Source: a virus (taxonomy: Duplodnaviria; Caudoviricetes). From it: a DNA stretch of 52,535 nucleotides. Numbering within the stretch: the first letter of the stretch is position 1; each line of letters begins with the position of its first letter. The stretch covers positions 1 to 52,535 of IMG/VR virus record IMGVR_UViG_3300044858_001628. One strand, written 5' to 3'. A program made the position numbers and the translations under genes. The notes under the pieces were generated by a model. That model saw nothing but the letters and a program-made list of their open reading frames with translations, searched no databases and was not told where the DNA came from. Positions 18,105-26,240 of the stretch are shown here, piece after piece.

Positions 18105-18540
18105 TGAGCGCTAAAAGTTGCGTTCTACAATCTTTATACTGCTCAAAATTGGCAACTGCGTTCTTTAGTGTTTCTCTGTCCGTAAAAGTATCGGCTCTGG
18201 CGGTGTCTTGAGAAGTTCCTGTGGCGGCTGTGGGCAAACCAGTGAGCGCGTTATCCCACAACCTGCCAGCATCAGAACTAAGGCACAAAGTATTAGTCGT
18301 TGCATTATCAATTCCCCTGTTAATCTCACGGTAAACAATTTTTGTCTTGGCTTGCTCTTCTTGTACGCGCTTAACTAATGCACGCGCCAAAAGCTCATAA
18401 TTCTCTTTATCCTCTAGCGCCTGCTCTGCCTGCTCTTTTAAGTCTGCATCGTAGCGCCAGCCGTTTACCTTCCAGCCTGCGCCAAATGAGGCAAACATAA
18501 TGAGTAATGCCACTGCTAATTTAATCTGTGCTGGTGTCAT
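18079..18540 (-). CDS. Rz-like inner-membrane spanin
   Basis: N-terminal TM helix, GWKVNGWR, coiled coil; after endolysin and holin; contains embedded lipoprotein gene. Confidence 0.8.
   Translation of the reverse strand: MTPAQIKLAVALLIMFASFGAGWKVNGWRYDADLKEQAEQALEDKENYELLARALVKRVQEEQAKTKIVYREINRGIDNATTNTLCLSSDAGRLWDNALTGLPTAATGTSQDTARADTFTDRETLKNAVANFEQYKDCRTQLLALIEFHKKDK
18165..18305 (-). CDS. Rz1-like outer-membrane spanin embedded in the +1 frame of Rz (46 aa)
   Basis: MQRLILCALVLMLAGC lipobox then Pro-rich CPQPPQELLKTPPEP; GGGGA SD. Confidence 0.8.
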   Translation of the reverse strand: MQRLILCALVLMLAGCGITRSLVCPQPPQELLKTPPEPILLRTEKH

Positions 18541-18721
18541 TGGATTTTCTACCTGCAAATTTATCTGCTGAATGACCTGCTACTAGAGCAATCACGTTGA
18601 AATTTAGAATTGAAGCAAAGTCTGGGCTGGTAAGTTTGCCGAACCACAACAAAACTGCTGAACCTACTGATAGTCCAACGGCAAATAAAAAGCGCCTACC
18701 GCCTAGCGTGTTGAAGTTCAT
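18521..18721 (-). CDS. Putative holin (two TM helices)
   Basis: 66 aa, two hydrophobic segments, between endolysin and spanin. Confidence 0.65.
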   Translation of the reverse strand: MNFNTLGGRRFLFAVGLSVGSAVLLWFGKLTSPDFASILNFNVIALVAGHSADKFAGRKSNDTSTD

Positions 18722-19266
18722 AGCAATGCACTCTCAACTGGCATCATCCCACCCTTAAACCATGTAGCTACATCAAAATTAGGGCAATCTTTTATAAACT
18801 CATTGCGCGTAATCTGTCCATCACCGTTTAAATCTGGCGAGCAGTCACGATGACCTTTGATATTTACTTTAATATCTTTAAGCGTATTGGCGGTTGATTC
18901 TGCCGTGAGAATAGTACGACCTGATATTGCTGATGTTAAGTTGATAACGCATTGACGTAATGATAGCCACTGCGCTTGTGTGAATTTGTCAGTTCCAACC
19001 ATGCAAATGCCGACTGATTTAGAGTTATTCCCCTGCACATGAGCGCCACTCTCATCCAATCCGCGACCAGTTTCAACTGTGCCATCAATGTTAATTACAA
19101 AATGATAGCCAATGTGCTTTAGCATCGGGTTAAAGTTTCGTACTGGCTGGCTGTCGCGCTTAAATCCACGCGCCTTGTGCATCAAGTCTAAGTCGTATGC
19201 TTTAAAGTTCTTACCATTAGGCGTTGCCGCGCAATGGATTATGATGTGGGTTATTGTACGTTTCAT
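18718..19266 (-). CDS. Endolysin, N-acetylmuramoyl-L-alanine amidase (T7-lysozyme/Amidase_2 type)
   Basis: IIHCAAT, IGYHFVI, GAHVQG.N..S.GIC, GHRD.SPDLNGDG and K.CP.FDV Zn-ligand motifs. Confidence 0.93.
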   Translation of the reverse strand: MKRTITHIIIHCAATPNGKNFKAYDLDLMHKARGFKRDSQPVRNFNPMLKHIGYHFVINIDGTVETGRGLDESGAHVQGNNSKSVGICMVGTDKFTQAQWLSLRQCVINLTSAISGRTILTAESTANTLKDIKVNIKGHRDCSPDLNGDGQITRNEFIKDCPNFDVATWFKGGMMPVESALL

Positions 19267-19408
19267 AACCGAATTTAACTATACCGCGCTTGCGTTGTAG
19301 TAACTTATCAGCAATATAAATAGCGGTTGCCATCATACTGCACCCAAAAACAAAATGCGGTTGCAGTGTAGCCACGAAAACAATAAATGCCATGTGAATG
19401 TATTTCAT
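19217..19408 (-). CDS. Small hydrophobic hypothetical protein
   Basis: ATGA-coupled to upstream gene; hydrophobic N-half; overlaps endolysin start. Confidence 0.5.
   Translation of the reverse strand: MKYIHMAFIVFVATLQPHFVFGCSMMATAIYIADKLLQRKRGIVKFGYETYNNPHHNPLRGNA
19272..19299 (-). promoter_or_regulatory. Late-promoter motif copy 6 in front of endolysin (non-canonical spacing)
   Basis: Exact 9-mer at 19291-19299; TATAGT at N7 or TAAATT at N13. Confidence 0.5.
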
Positions 19409-19800
19409 TTTCTATCATCCATGTTAATTACGCGAATATTCGCCTGACAATATGGCGCTTGCGCCCTTCCTACCCCCAAAATTGAGTTAAGTAGAGCTAT
19501 GTTGTCGCTAAAGTCTTTGGGTCGATGCTCTTCAAGGCTTGAATAAATATCTTGATGGCGGTTTATTCCGCACTTCAAGCTAGATAGCTTTCTACCAATC
19601 GTGAATACTTTATTTTCTTGCTTCAATTGCGCGACCAGTGGCGCTATATTCTGCTCACTGATATGCGGAAACATTAGGTACAGCTCGTTTATCGTCATTG
19701 GCGTTCTTAGTGCAACGCGCATCATTTTCTTTTGTGACAACTGCTCTTCGCTAAAAAACGCCACACAGTTCCCTACCTTTGATTCAACCTCGCCTATCAA
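19405..19800 (-). CDS. Putative winged-helix DNA-binding protein
   Basis: PMTINEL...ISEQNIAPLVAQLKQENKV helix-turn-helix and wing pattern; TTG start after GAGG. Confidence 0.5.
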   Translation of the reverse strand: MIGEVESKVGNCVAFFSEEQLSQKKMMRVALRTPMTINELYLMFPHISEQNIAPLVAQLKQENKVFTIGRKLSSLKCGINRHQDIYSSLEEHRPKDFSDNIALLNSILGVGRAQAPYCQANIRVINMDDRK

Positions 19801-19919
19801 TTTGGTAGCGCCTCTTTAAATGCCAATCCAGCGCAAACGAACATCAATATATAGTCGTTGAAGTAACAAGCTAGTAGGTAGCCTGCTAAAAAAAACCCTG
19901 TCGTAATAACTTCTTTCAT
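19797..19919 (-). CDS. Small hydrophobic protein (40 aa), below track cutoff
   Basis: ATGA coupling to VRR-NUC gene, GGAG SD; MKEVITTGFFLAGYLLACY... Confidence 0.55.
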   Translation of the reverse strand: MKEVITTGFFLAGYLLACYFNDYILMFVCAGLAFKEALPN

Positions 19920-20281
19920 TTTAAATACTCCGCTATCATTTGCTTGGCATCTTCAAACCCAAAACAAGCTACAGATAAATAACCCATCATCTGCGCCCTC
20001 CCTAAAAACTTTACTTGGGCATCTGATAGCACGCCTTTCGTAGCCTTCATTTCTATAAAAAGCCCATGCCAGCCATCTTTAGGAATCATTAAGAATAGGT
20101 CGGCAACCCCATTCATAAACCCTTCTGCCTTCATCTTTTTAATTTTTATAGCACGCACTCGCGCGTCACCAGCTAAGTGAGCGCCATTAGGAATAGCAAA
20201 TAAATGTCCATCGTATTTTTTATACTGTAATTTGAACCATTGCATGAGCAATACCTGTTCTTGGTGTTCGCTTAATTTCAT
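19916..20281 (-). CDS. VRR-NUC domain nuclease
   Basis: EH.EQ, FAIPNG, G..NGVADL, GLFIEMK, LS..Q motifs. Confidence 0.9.
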   Translation of the reverse strand: MKLSEHQEQVLLMQWFKLQYKKYDGHLFAIPNGAHLAGDARVRAIKIKKMKAEGFMNGVADLFLMIPKDGWHGLFIEMKATKGVLSDAQVKFLGRAQMMGYLSVACFGFEDAKQMIAEYLK

Positions 20282-20742
20282 ACCATACCCATGCTAGAAC
20301 CAATACCTCTGCTCTCAAACTTACGAGTTGAGGCAACGTGACGCTCTTTAATGTTGCGTATGTGCGATGGCGCTTCTTCTTTCTTAATAATTTCCAAAGG
20401 AATAATGCGCCTTACTGTTTTAGTGCCATTTGCGACCATTGTCGCTTTGATTTTTAATGTAATTGGCACAATACTGTTAATGCAGTATTCTTTTTTTAAG
20501 GCACTGTAGAAAGTTGTTGGTTGCCCATTCCACGCTGACATACCTTTTGTTGTACTTAAATAACCCTCGTACTTTAGAAAAGCGCAATGATTCCTGATTG
20601 TGGGTAACGTGACATTGTTATCAATTGATATATCAGTAGCAGTGCAAGGTTTTTCATTGCATAACTCAAGAATTTTAACGAAGCTTTCATACCTTTTTTT
20701 ATCTCTTGGCGCTAACTTAATCACTTTGTTTTCCATTACCAC
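20278..20742 (-). CDS. Putative winged-helix DNA-binding protein
   Basis: TATDIS...VTLPTIRNHCAFLKYEGYL pattern. Confidence 0.55.
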   Translation of the reverse strand: MVMENKVIKLAPRDKKRYESFVKILELCNEKPCTATDISIDNNVTLPTIRNHCAFLKYEGYLSTTKGMSAWNGQPTTFYSALKKEYCINSIVPITLKIKATMVANGTKTVRRIIPLEIIKKEEAPSHIRNIKERHVASTRKFESRGIGSSMGMV

Positions 20743-21026
20743 TCCACTCCTACAGGTTCTTCTTGATATAACATTGCTCTAACTTTCTGCAATAACTCTT
20801 CTTCCGTTCCAAACTTTTCTTCAAATGCCTTTTGTCCAGCGTGTATTGCTGTGCCGTAACCGCCATTTCTGTGGTGGTCTGGGCAAAGTGGTATGGCATC
20901 AAAATGACTGCTCTTCATCGCTATGCCAGCGCCTTTTCTTAGGTGGTGAATCTCTGCTGGTCTGCGACAAATAATGCAACCCAAAGATGCAACATTATCT
21001 AAATGCTGTTTTTCTGCTTTGGTCAT
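20736..21026 (-). CDS. Ref/DUF968-like HNH nuclease
   Basis: LGCIIC..PAEIHH...IPLCPDHHR...FEEKFGTE. Confidence 0.82.
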   Translation of the reverse strand: MTKAEKQHLDNVASLGCIICRRPAEIHHLRKGAGIAMKSSHFDAIPLCPDHHRNGGYGTAIHAGQKAFEEKFGTEEELLQKVRAMLYQEEPVGVEW

Positions 21027-21502
21027 GCCGCAATACCGCCTTTGTAGTAATTTCCACTACGAATATGGTTGTCACGTTTTTTTAAAAAACTTAACACCTC
21101 TGCGCCAGTAACATTTTTTAATTGCTCTTCGTGCAACGCAATAACAAATTTAATTGCACTTAATCCCTCACCATCTAATCCGAGTTTTTTAGTGCGTATA
21201 TATCTCTCGCGGCATCTAATGAGAGCATCACGCGCAAGGTTTACCCCATGCTTAACGCTATCAGGCGCATCAAATAGGTTTGCATTAAACATCATGCTTA
21301 AATCAACTGTTGAAGCTAACGTGTCAAAGTGTGATTTTTCAGCATTGCCACTTGTAAATGCTTTAAGCGATGTATGTATGCCAATTGCTAAACGGTCTTG
21401 TCGCTCTGCGTCTATTGGTTTTGATAGATTGATTGCATCAAATAAAGCGTTTGCGCTTGCTTGATTTTTGTTCGGGTTATATTTCTTGTTACGTTTTTTC
21501 AT
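21023..21502 (-). CDS. Conserved hypothetical phage protein
   Basis: Basic N-terminus; ALIRCRER...GLDGEGL; coupled to neighbours. Confidence 0.7.
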   Translation of the reverse strand: MKKRNKKYNPNKNQASANALFDAINLSKPIDAERQDRLAIGIHTSLKAFTSGNAEKSHFDTLASTVDLSMMFNANLFDAPDSVKHGVNLARDALIRCRERYIRTKKLGLDGEGLSAIKFVIALHEEQLKNVTGAEVLSFLKKRDNHIRSGNYYKGGIAA

Positions 21503-21936
21503 TGTTCGCTTTCTGGGTAAATGAGCGCCACTCCGCGCTCTAAAAAATGCGACTGCATTGTGTCTAAATAATTATTAAACTGTGGTTTGGTCATAATTGA
21601 TGTAACAGGTAAATACTTCATTGCCTGTAACTTCTGCTCATAACTTAACCCTTTAAGTGAACCATCATAAAAAGCCTTAAACCCTTCATCTTCCGCGCGT
21701 AGAATCGGTATGCCAAAATGCAACTTGCAAAAGCAGTTCCACCCCAAAACGTCATCATCTTTAATCTCACGCGCAACTTGCTCATACCAAACATGACTAA
21801 TTGCGTTCTGGTCTAAACTTCTTGCTTTGCCAGTTTTCGCGCTAACTTTCAAGTATTTGTGTTTACCAAAAAGCTCTCGCATATCGCCAACAAGAGATTG
21901 CAGTGCGCTTTCGCTGTTAATAACCCAAGTAGCCAT
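21499..21936 (-). CDS. NinB-like recombination protein
   Basis: RSLDQNA..H.WY..VA and TS.MTK.QF..YL motifs. Confidence 0.7.
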   Translation of the reverse strand: MATWVINSESALQSLVGDMRELFGKHKYLKVSAKTGKARSLDQNAISHVWYEQVAREIKDDDVLGWNCFCKLHFGIPILRAEDEGFKAFYDGSLKGLSYEQKLQAMKYLPVTSIMTKPQFNNYLDTMQSHFLERGVALIYPESEQ

Positions 21937-22021
21937 TCAATTTCCAATCTTATGCGTGTATAACTTACCGCTATATCTGTAAGAGCCATCTGCCTGCCTG
22001 TTCTCTGGCGTTATCATTGTG

Positions 22022-22198
22022 TTACTTGCTCTCAAACTTTGGGCAATCAATAGCAATCCAAAAATCTTTGTAGTTGATTTTGTAGCCTGCTGGTAAAAAC
22101 CTTTTGCAGTTTTCTCTGTGCTGGCAAATGTGTGTTGCTTGTGGGCTTTCGCCCTTACAAAATTCATAAGTGTTGAATGGTGCTGGCTTGTTACTCAT
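22022..22198 (-). CDS. Small Cys-rich protein (58 aa, MSNKPAPFNTYEFCKG...CQHRENCKRF...CPKF), below track cutoff
   Basis: ATGA overlap with 22195..22527 stop, AAGGA SD; four Cys. Confidence 0.7.
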   Translation of the reverse strand: MSNKPAPFNTYEFCKGESPQATHICQHRENCKRFLPAGYKINYKDFWIAIDCPKFESK

Positions 22199-22527
22199 GC
22201 CGCTTCCTTGAATAAATTTGATTTATAAATGCCAACGCTCTTGCCGTGACTGAATCTGCTTGTTGATTTTTGCTCACCAACTTTCGTCATGTAGCCTTTT
22301 GCAATCAAAGCTCTGCAAGATGCACCCCATACTTTGTCGCTGTGAGGCATAGGCAGGTTATTTTTAACGAAATGATGCAACATATCACCACCTAACAAAT
22401 AATCGCCTGCGCGTAGCAAGGTGACAGCCTCACGCTCATATAAATCACTCCAATGCACCGTTTCTGCGTCTAAAGTTTGATTCATACCCTCTGTTGCTAA
22501 AAATAAACCTGCTTGTTGTCCGTTCAT
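22195..22527 (-). CDS. Conserved hypothetical phage protein (winged-helix-like)
   Basis: PHS.KVWGA..RAL...G...SHG motif; GGAGG SD. Confidence 0.7.
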   Translation of the reverse strand: MNGQQAGLFLATEGMNQTLDAETVHWSDLYEREAVTLLRAGDYLLGGDMLHHFVKNNLPMPHSDKVWGASCRALIAKGYMTKVGEQKSTSRFSHGKSVGIYKSNLFKEAA

Positions 22528-22757
22528 TTAATTACCCCTCCGTAGTTGTTGCTAACATCTTGCTCAAACCTAAAGCCTTCCATCGTGAATTTAACGTAGC
22601 TTTCATCAATGAATGGCGCTGAAAATTCACCATCAACTTGCAATGAGAAGCAATCTAAATCCTCTCTGCCTTTATAAAGTTCATCAATTCTTACTAAGGT
22701 TTCGTTGACTGGAATTACTCTATTCCAGTATGAAATCCAGTTGAAACTGTGGTTCAT
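22524..22757 (-). CDS. Hypothetical protein
   Basis: Coupled overlaps on both sides. Confidence 0.6.
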   Translation of the reverse strand: MNHSFNWISYWNRVIPVNETLVRIDELYKGREDLDCFSLQVDGEFSAPFIDESYVKFTMEGFRFEQDVSNNYGGVIK

Positions 22758-22924
22758 TTAGATACTTCCTGATGTTTCTGTTTAGCTTCATCTGCTGTTT
22801 TAAAGAACCCAATCGTGTTGCTTTTATGGTGCAATCCGTAAGGCAGAATTGAGCCGACTGAATGAGATTTGGTGATGGTGTATTCTCCGTTTTGCATGAA
22901 GTAATTGTTTTTCTTAACCCACAT
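22754..22924 (-). CDS. Small hypothetical protein (56 aa, MWVKKNNYFMQNGEY...), below track cutoff
   Basis: Fills the gap between P-like gene and 22524..22757 with overlaps at both ends. Confidence 0.65.
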   Translation of the reverse strand: MWVKKNNYFMQNGEYTITKSHSVGSILPYGLHHKSNTIGFFKTADEAKQKHQEVSK

Positions 22925-23381
22925 TCATTGCCAACTTTGCCGCCACTAAACTTTCAGATGGGAACTTCTCTGGATTAGCCACGATACGTTTAGCCCAAGC
23001 GTGATAGTCTGTTTTATTAACCGTGTGAGCCGCTACAAACTGCACTACGTTATCCGCATAAGCTTTGTTTGCCACTCGGTCTATTGGCGCAGGTAGCGCC
23101 TTGTAATCCTCAACCTGCTTGCGTATGTAGCAGTTCGCCTTAAAGTCATCACAGCTAGGCGCATATTCGTAATTTGCCTCTAGTGCCGCTTTAATTCGCT
23201 CTGGTGAAGTTCCTGATAACTCTTCACTCCAAACAACTTTTGCGTTCTCAATGCCAATGTCCTGACCTTGCGCGTTCAAAGTTCCGATACGGTACTTGTC
23301 AAAAAAAGTGTTACCAAAACGACCATGCAGGCGCATGAATATTCTGTTAATCCACTCAAGTGGTAATGGCTGTTTGTTCAT
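22914..23381 (-). CDS. Lambda P-like replication protein (helicase loader)
   Basis: RIF.RLHGRFG..F..KY...W.EEL...P..D.F...C pattern; directly after initiator. Confidence 0.65.
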   Translation of the reverse strand: MNKQPLPLEWINRIFMRLHGRFGNTFFDKYRIGTLNAQGQDIGIENAKVVWSEELSGTSPERIKAALEANYEYAPSCDDFKANCYIRKQVEDYKALPAPIDRVANKAYADNVVQFVAAHTVNKTDYHAWAKRIVANPEKFPSESLVAAKLAMNVG

Positions 23382-24180
23382 GCTCGACCTCGATTACTTT
23401 TAAATTATTGCCTTGCAGATGTTGTGTGTTCTCTGGGGTGAAGATTGACGATGCGGCAATCTGGCGACCTAATTCACGCTCATTTCTGAATAAGCCGTTA
23501 GTTTGTTTTTTAATTGGGTATAGGTCTTTCCAGCTAGACCGTATGGATTGCAAAACAACTTCGTCAGCATCAAACCCTTCTGCAACAAGTTTTTTCAATT
23601 GCGTTATCAGGGCTTTCATTGCTTGAATTGTGTTTTTAGCTTTAAGCCCTTTTCTCACTTCAATAAACGCTTTCCAGTTTTCAATATCAACAAAATCAGG
23701 AATTGGTAGATTTTCTGTCAAGGCTTTAGCCGATGATGGTTTTTGGTCTGATGTATTTAATAATGGTTTATGGTTATTGGTTAATGGTTTATGGTTAGGT
23801 GGCGCTTCGTTTACGTCTTGTTCACGATTCGTACCTTCTTTTGCACGCTTCGTGTTATTTTCTTTACGCTTCGTTTCTCTCTCTATTGCAATGCGTTTAT
23901 TTGTTTCAGCTTTGCCGTGATATTCAGCAATCTCTTCTTGTATGCGTTTTTGCACATAAACACCGTTTTCCAATGTGAAAAACTTGCGTAAAACAAACGT
24001 AACAGCTTCAACCTCTTCTGTTGTACTCGCCCAAGTCCATTCGATTGCTTCTTCTAACGTGGGGAATTGTTCACGGTCATAGCACGAATCTATCAATAGC
24101 GTGTACGAACCGTGCTGTAACATTGACAAGCGACCTGCTTTCTTTGCATAGTCGCCAAGATTGCGCTTGTAGTAGTGCAT
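23356..24180 (-). CDS. Replication initiator (DUF1376/YdaU N-terminus, lambda O analogue)
   Basis: MHYYKRNLGDY.KKAGRLS.LQHG.Y.LL.D..YD.E; internal iterons; W..F...RK C-domain. Confidence 0.85.
   Translation of the reverse strand: MHYYKRNLGDYAKKAGRLSMLQHGSYTLLIDSCYDREQFPTLEEAIEWTWASTTEEVEAVTFVLRKFFTLENGVYVQKRIQEEIAEYHGKAETNKRIAIERETKRKENNTKRAKEGTNREQDVNEAPPNHKPLTNNHKPLLNTSDQKPSSAKALTENLPIPDFVDIENWKAFIEVRKGLKAKNTIQAMKALITQLKKLVAEGFDADEVVLQSIRSSWKDLYPIKKQTNGLFRNERELGRQIAASSIFTPENTQHLQGNNLKVIEVEHEQTAITT
23761..23874. repeat. Putative replication origin inside the initiator gene
   Basis: Four CG(C/A)TTCGT iterons ending 23810, 23832, 23853, 23874 beside five TWWTGGT heptamers at 23761-23795. Confidence 0.75.
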
Positions 24181-24449
24181 TAAAGTTCTGCCTTTACCAA
24201 TAAAGCTAACGTCTTAATAAGGCTGTGCATATCGTGTGTAGGTTGTGGTGTATCTACTTCATCACTTGAAGCGGATAATTGATTCTGTGCTAATAACCTA
24301 CGGTCATTGTTTAAAAGTAAACGCAGATAAGCAGAAGCCGATATTCCGCGAGATAAAGCTTCATCACGCGCAAATAAATACTCGTCTGCTGTCAGTAAAA
24401 CTTGCACTCGTTCATCGTGTGTATTATTACGTGAGAAAGTTTGTGCCAT
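24180..24449 (-). CDS. CII-position regulator (ribbon-helix-helix-like)
   Basis: RVQVLLT.DEY....DEA..RGIS.SAYLR; directly after cro. Confidence 0.6.
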   Translation of the reverse strand: MAQTFSRNNTHDERVQVLLTADEYLFARDEALSRGISASAYLRLLLNNDRRLLAQNQLSASSDEVDTPQPTHDMHSLIKTLALLVKAEL

Positions 24450-24451
24450 TT

Positions 24452-24649
24452 TTAATTAGCCTGATTACTGCAATGAGTAACGTGAAGAGCGTCAACCATT
24501 CTTCCACCTCGCTCAATGCCCATATCTTTTTGCTTACCAGTAAAAAGGTCGGATATAACCGCTTGAGATACCCCGATAGTTTCACCGAGTTTTTTTTGAG
24601 TAAAGCCGCTTGCAAGCAAGTCGCGGATTTTTTCATTTATGTTTTTCAT
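24452..24649 (-). CDS. cro: Cro-like HTH repressor (65 aa, probably leaderless)
   Basis: FTQKKLGETIGVSQAVISDL HTH; divergent from cI; ATG 7 nt after the PR -10 box. Confidence 0.85.
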   Translation of the reverse strand: MKNINEKIRDLLASGFTQKKLGETIGVSQAVISDLFTGKQKDMGIERGGRMVDALHVTHCSNQAN

Positions 24650-24656
24650 AAGCGTA

Positions 24657-24716
24657 AGCATAGGGGTAACTATGTATGTTGTCAATAGGCAAAACTATCT
24701 ATTTGATAGGTATAGT
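24657..24716. promoter_or_regulatory. OR region: PR (minus, TTGACA-N17-TATGCT), PRM -10 TATAGT and two operators
   Basis: -35 at 24680-24685, -10 at 24657-24662; operators ATAGGGGTAACTAT 24660-24673 and ATAGGCAAAACTAT 24685-24698; PRM -10 at 24711-24716. Confidence 0.8.
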
Positions 24717-24722
24717 TCGCAC

Positions 24723-25421
24723 ATGAGTACATTTGGCGAAAGATTGCGCGAGGCGAGAAAAGACAAAGGGCTTTCACAAGGCAACTTGGCTAAAATCGTT
24801 GGCGTAAAGCAACCAACAATTGCAGAGCTTGAGGCAGAAGGTAAGGGTAGCAGTAAAGCTTCTTTAATCGCCAAAGCGCTAAATGTTAGTCCACTGTGGC
24901 TATCAGAAGGCAGGGGTGATAAGCATGATAACAACATCATTGCCGACATTGAATCGTCAGCCGCGCAAGCAATGGGCGAAATTGCATCACCATCAAACAT
25001 CATTAAAATCCCATTGCTAAACATTACCGCAAGCGTGGGTTACGGTAGCGAAAATACCGAAGAAGTACCAATTGCATATATAACTATAAATGCTGATTGG
25101 GCGAAGGTTGCGCTAAGACCGTTAAGCGATACATCTAACTTAGCTTTCATTCACGCAGTTGGTGATTCGATGTTTCCGACATTTACCGATGGCGACATTT
25201 TACTTGTGGACACTTGGAACAAATCAGTCACGGCAGATAAAATTTATGTGATTGAAGCTCACGATAGATTGTTTATAAAAAGAGTGCGCCAACGTCTTGA
25301 TGGTGCATTTGAAGTGAGTAGCGATAATCCAGCCGTGAAAACTGTTGATGTACTTAATGGCGATAGCGAAGTTAGAGTAAAAGGTCATGTCATCTGGGTA
25401 TGGAACGGTAAGAAAATATAA
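24723..25421 (+). CDS. cI: CI-like repressor (HTH plus S24 autoproteolytic domain), leaderless start
   Basis: MSTFGERLREARK..GLSQ..LAK..GVKQPTIAELE; GDSMFP and FIKR S24 motifs. Confidence 0.93.
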   Translation: MSTFGERLREARKDKGLSQGNLAKIVGVKQPTIAELEAEGKGSSKASLIAKALNVSPLWLSEGRGDKHDNNIIADIESSAAQAMGEIASPSNIIKIPLLNITASVGYGSENTEEVPIAYITINADWAKVALRPLSDTSNLAFIHAVGDSMFPTFTDGDILLVDTWNKSVTADKIYVIEAHDRLFIKRVRQRLDGAFEVSSDNPAVKTVDVLNGDSEVRVKGHVIWVWNGKKI

Positions 25422-25455
25422 ATAATTCTGACTTTTAACACTCGTTGAACCCAAT

Positions 25456-25481
25456 AAACCAGCCACTCGCTGGTTTTTTTT
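25456..25481 (+). terminator. Rho-independent terminator after cI
   Basis: AAACCAGC-CACTC-GCTGGTTT followed by T run. Confidence 0.85.
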
Positions 25482-25499
25482 CGTCTATATTAAAAAATA

Positions 25500-25541
25500 A
25501 CAGGATTTCCTATTGCATTTATAAATAGGATAGCCTATTAT
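25500..25541 (+). promoter_or_regulatory. OL region: PL promoter with two operators
   Basis: TTGCAT (25513-25518)-N17-TATTAT (25536-25541); ACAGGATTTCCTAT 25500-25513 and ATAGGATAGCCTAT 25525-25538. Confidence 0.8.
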
Positions 25542-25666
25542 GAACACATCGCAGTAAATAATGAATTAAAGAAAAGTGCATAGCACCTCCGTTACTGGCA
25601 AATAAGACTAACTGTGCAAAAGCATAAGACCAGTTAAGTTAGTCGATGATTTTTTAAGGGTAAAAA

Positions 25667-25867
25667 ATGGAAGATTTAGAATTAACCACAGTATCAATCA
25701 ATAACAAGTTGCTTGATGTTTACTACTCAATTTTTGATGTAACTGAAATAAAGATTGAAGCGGTTAAAGATGCGTCTGGCAATACTAATATTTTTGAGTT
25801 CTTAAATGATTTAACTAAGCGGGCGCTGTATGTGGAAGTTAAAAGTTTGCACATGGAGGTTGTATGA
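25667..25867 (+). CDS. Small hypothetical protein, first gene of PL operon
   Basis: AAGGG SD. Confidence 0.7.
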   Translation: MEDLELTTVSINNKLLDVYYSIFDVTEIKIEAVKDASGNTNIFEFLNDLTKRALYVEVKSLHMEVV

Positions 25868-25950
25868 ATAAGGAAGATATTTATTTTGCTGTAATCGTGG
25901 CTTTTTTCGCTGTGACGCTTTTAATCATTTGCTCATTCTTGCCAGCTTAA
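25864..25950 (+). CDS. Single-TM micropeptide (28 aa)
   Basis: GGAGG SD, ATGA overlap; MNKEDIYFAVIVAFFAVTLLIICSFLPA. Confidence 0.6.
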   Translation: MNKEDIYFAVIVAFFAVTLLIICSFLPA

Positions 25951-25965
25951 ACCGAGTATCAAACA

Positions 25966-26109
25966 ATGGAGTACGAAATGATTATGCAAGATTTTAAGAA
26001 TATTAAAACCAATAACAAGCCATCAAATTTAGAGCGCGTTATTGGAAGTTTATTTGTTATTGGTGCTGTTGTATGTGTTTTTGGTTTGTACTTTTTGGTG
26101 AGGTCTTAA
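25966..26109 (+). CDS. Single-TM micropeptide (up to 47 aa)
   Basis: C-terminal VIGSLFVIGAVVCVFGLYFLV; GGAG SD before an internal Met. Confidence 0.55.
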   Translation: MEYEMIMQDFKNIKTNNKPSNLERVIGSLFVIGAVVCVFGLYFLVRS

Positions 26110-26229
26110 ATGGTTTATGCAATTTGGATTTCGTTAGGAATTGTATTTGGGATTGGCTTATTGGCTATTTTTGGCGATGTAATGATTGAGCCGATTGATG
26201 AAATTAACGATGAAGATTTTAGTGTTTAA
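26110..26229 (+). CDS. Single-TM micropeptide with acidic tail (39 aa)
   Basis: GAGG SD; MVYAIWISLGIVFGIGLLAIFG... Confidence 0.6.
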   Translation: MVYAIWISLGIVFGIGLLAIFGDVMIEPIDEINDEDFSV

Positions 26230-26240
26230 GGATAAATAAA

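Noticed and set aside
21937-22167. 76-aa track ORF
   Set aside because: A better-coupled Cys-rich ORF (22022..22198) occupies most of it in another frame; only the last 26 codons may be a separate peptide
23761-23874. CRISPR-like mini-array
   Set aside because: Repeats are 7-10 bp with short spacers inside the initiator gene, matching iterons; no CRISPR array seen elsewhere
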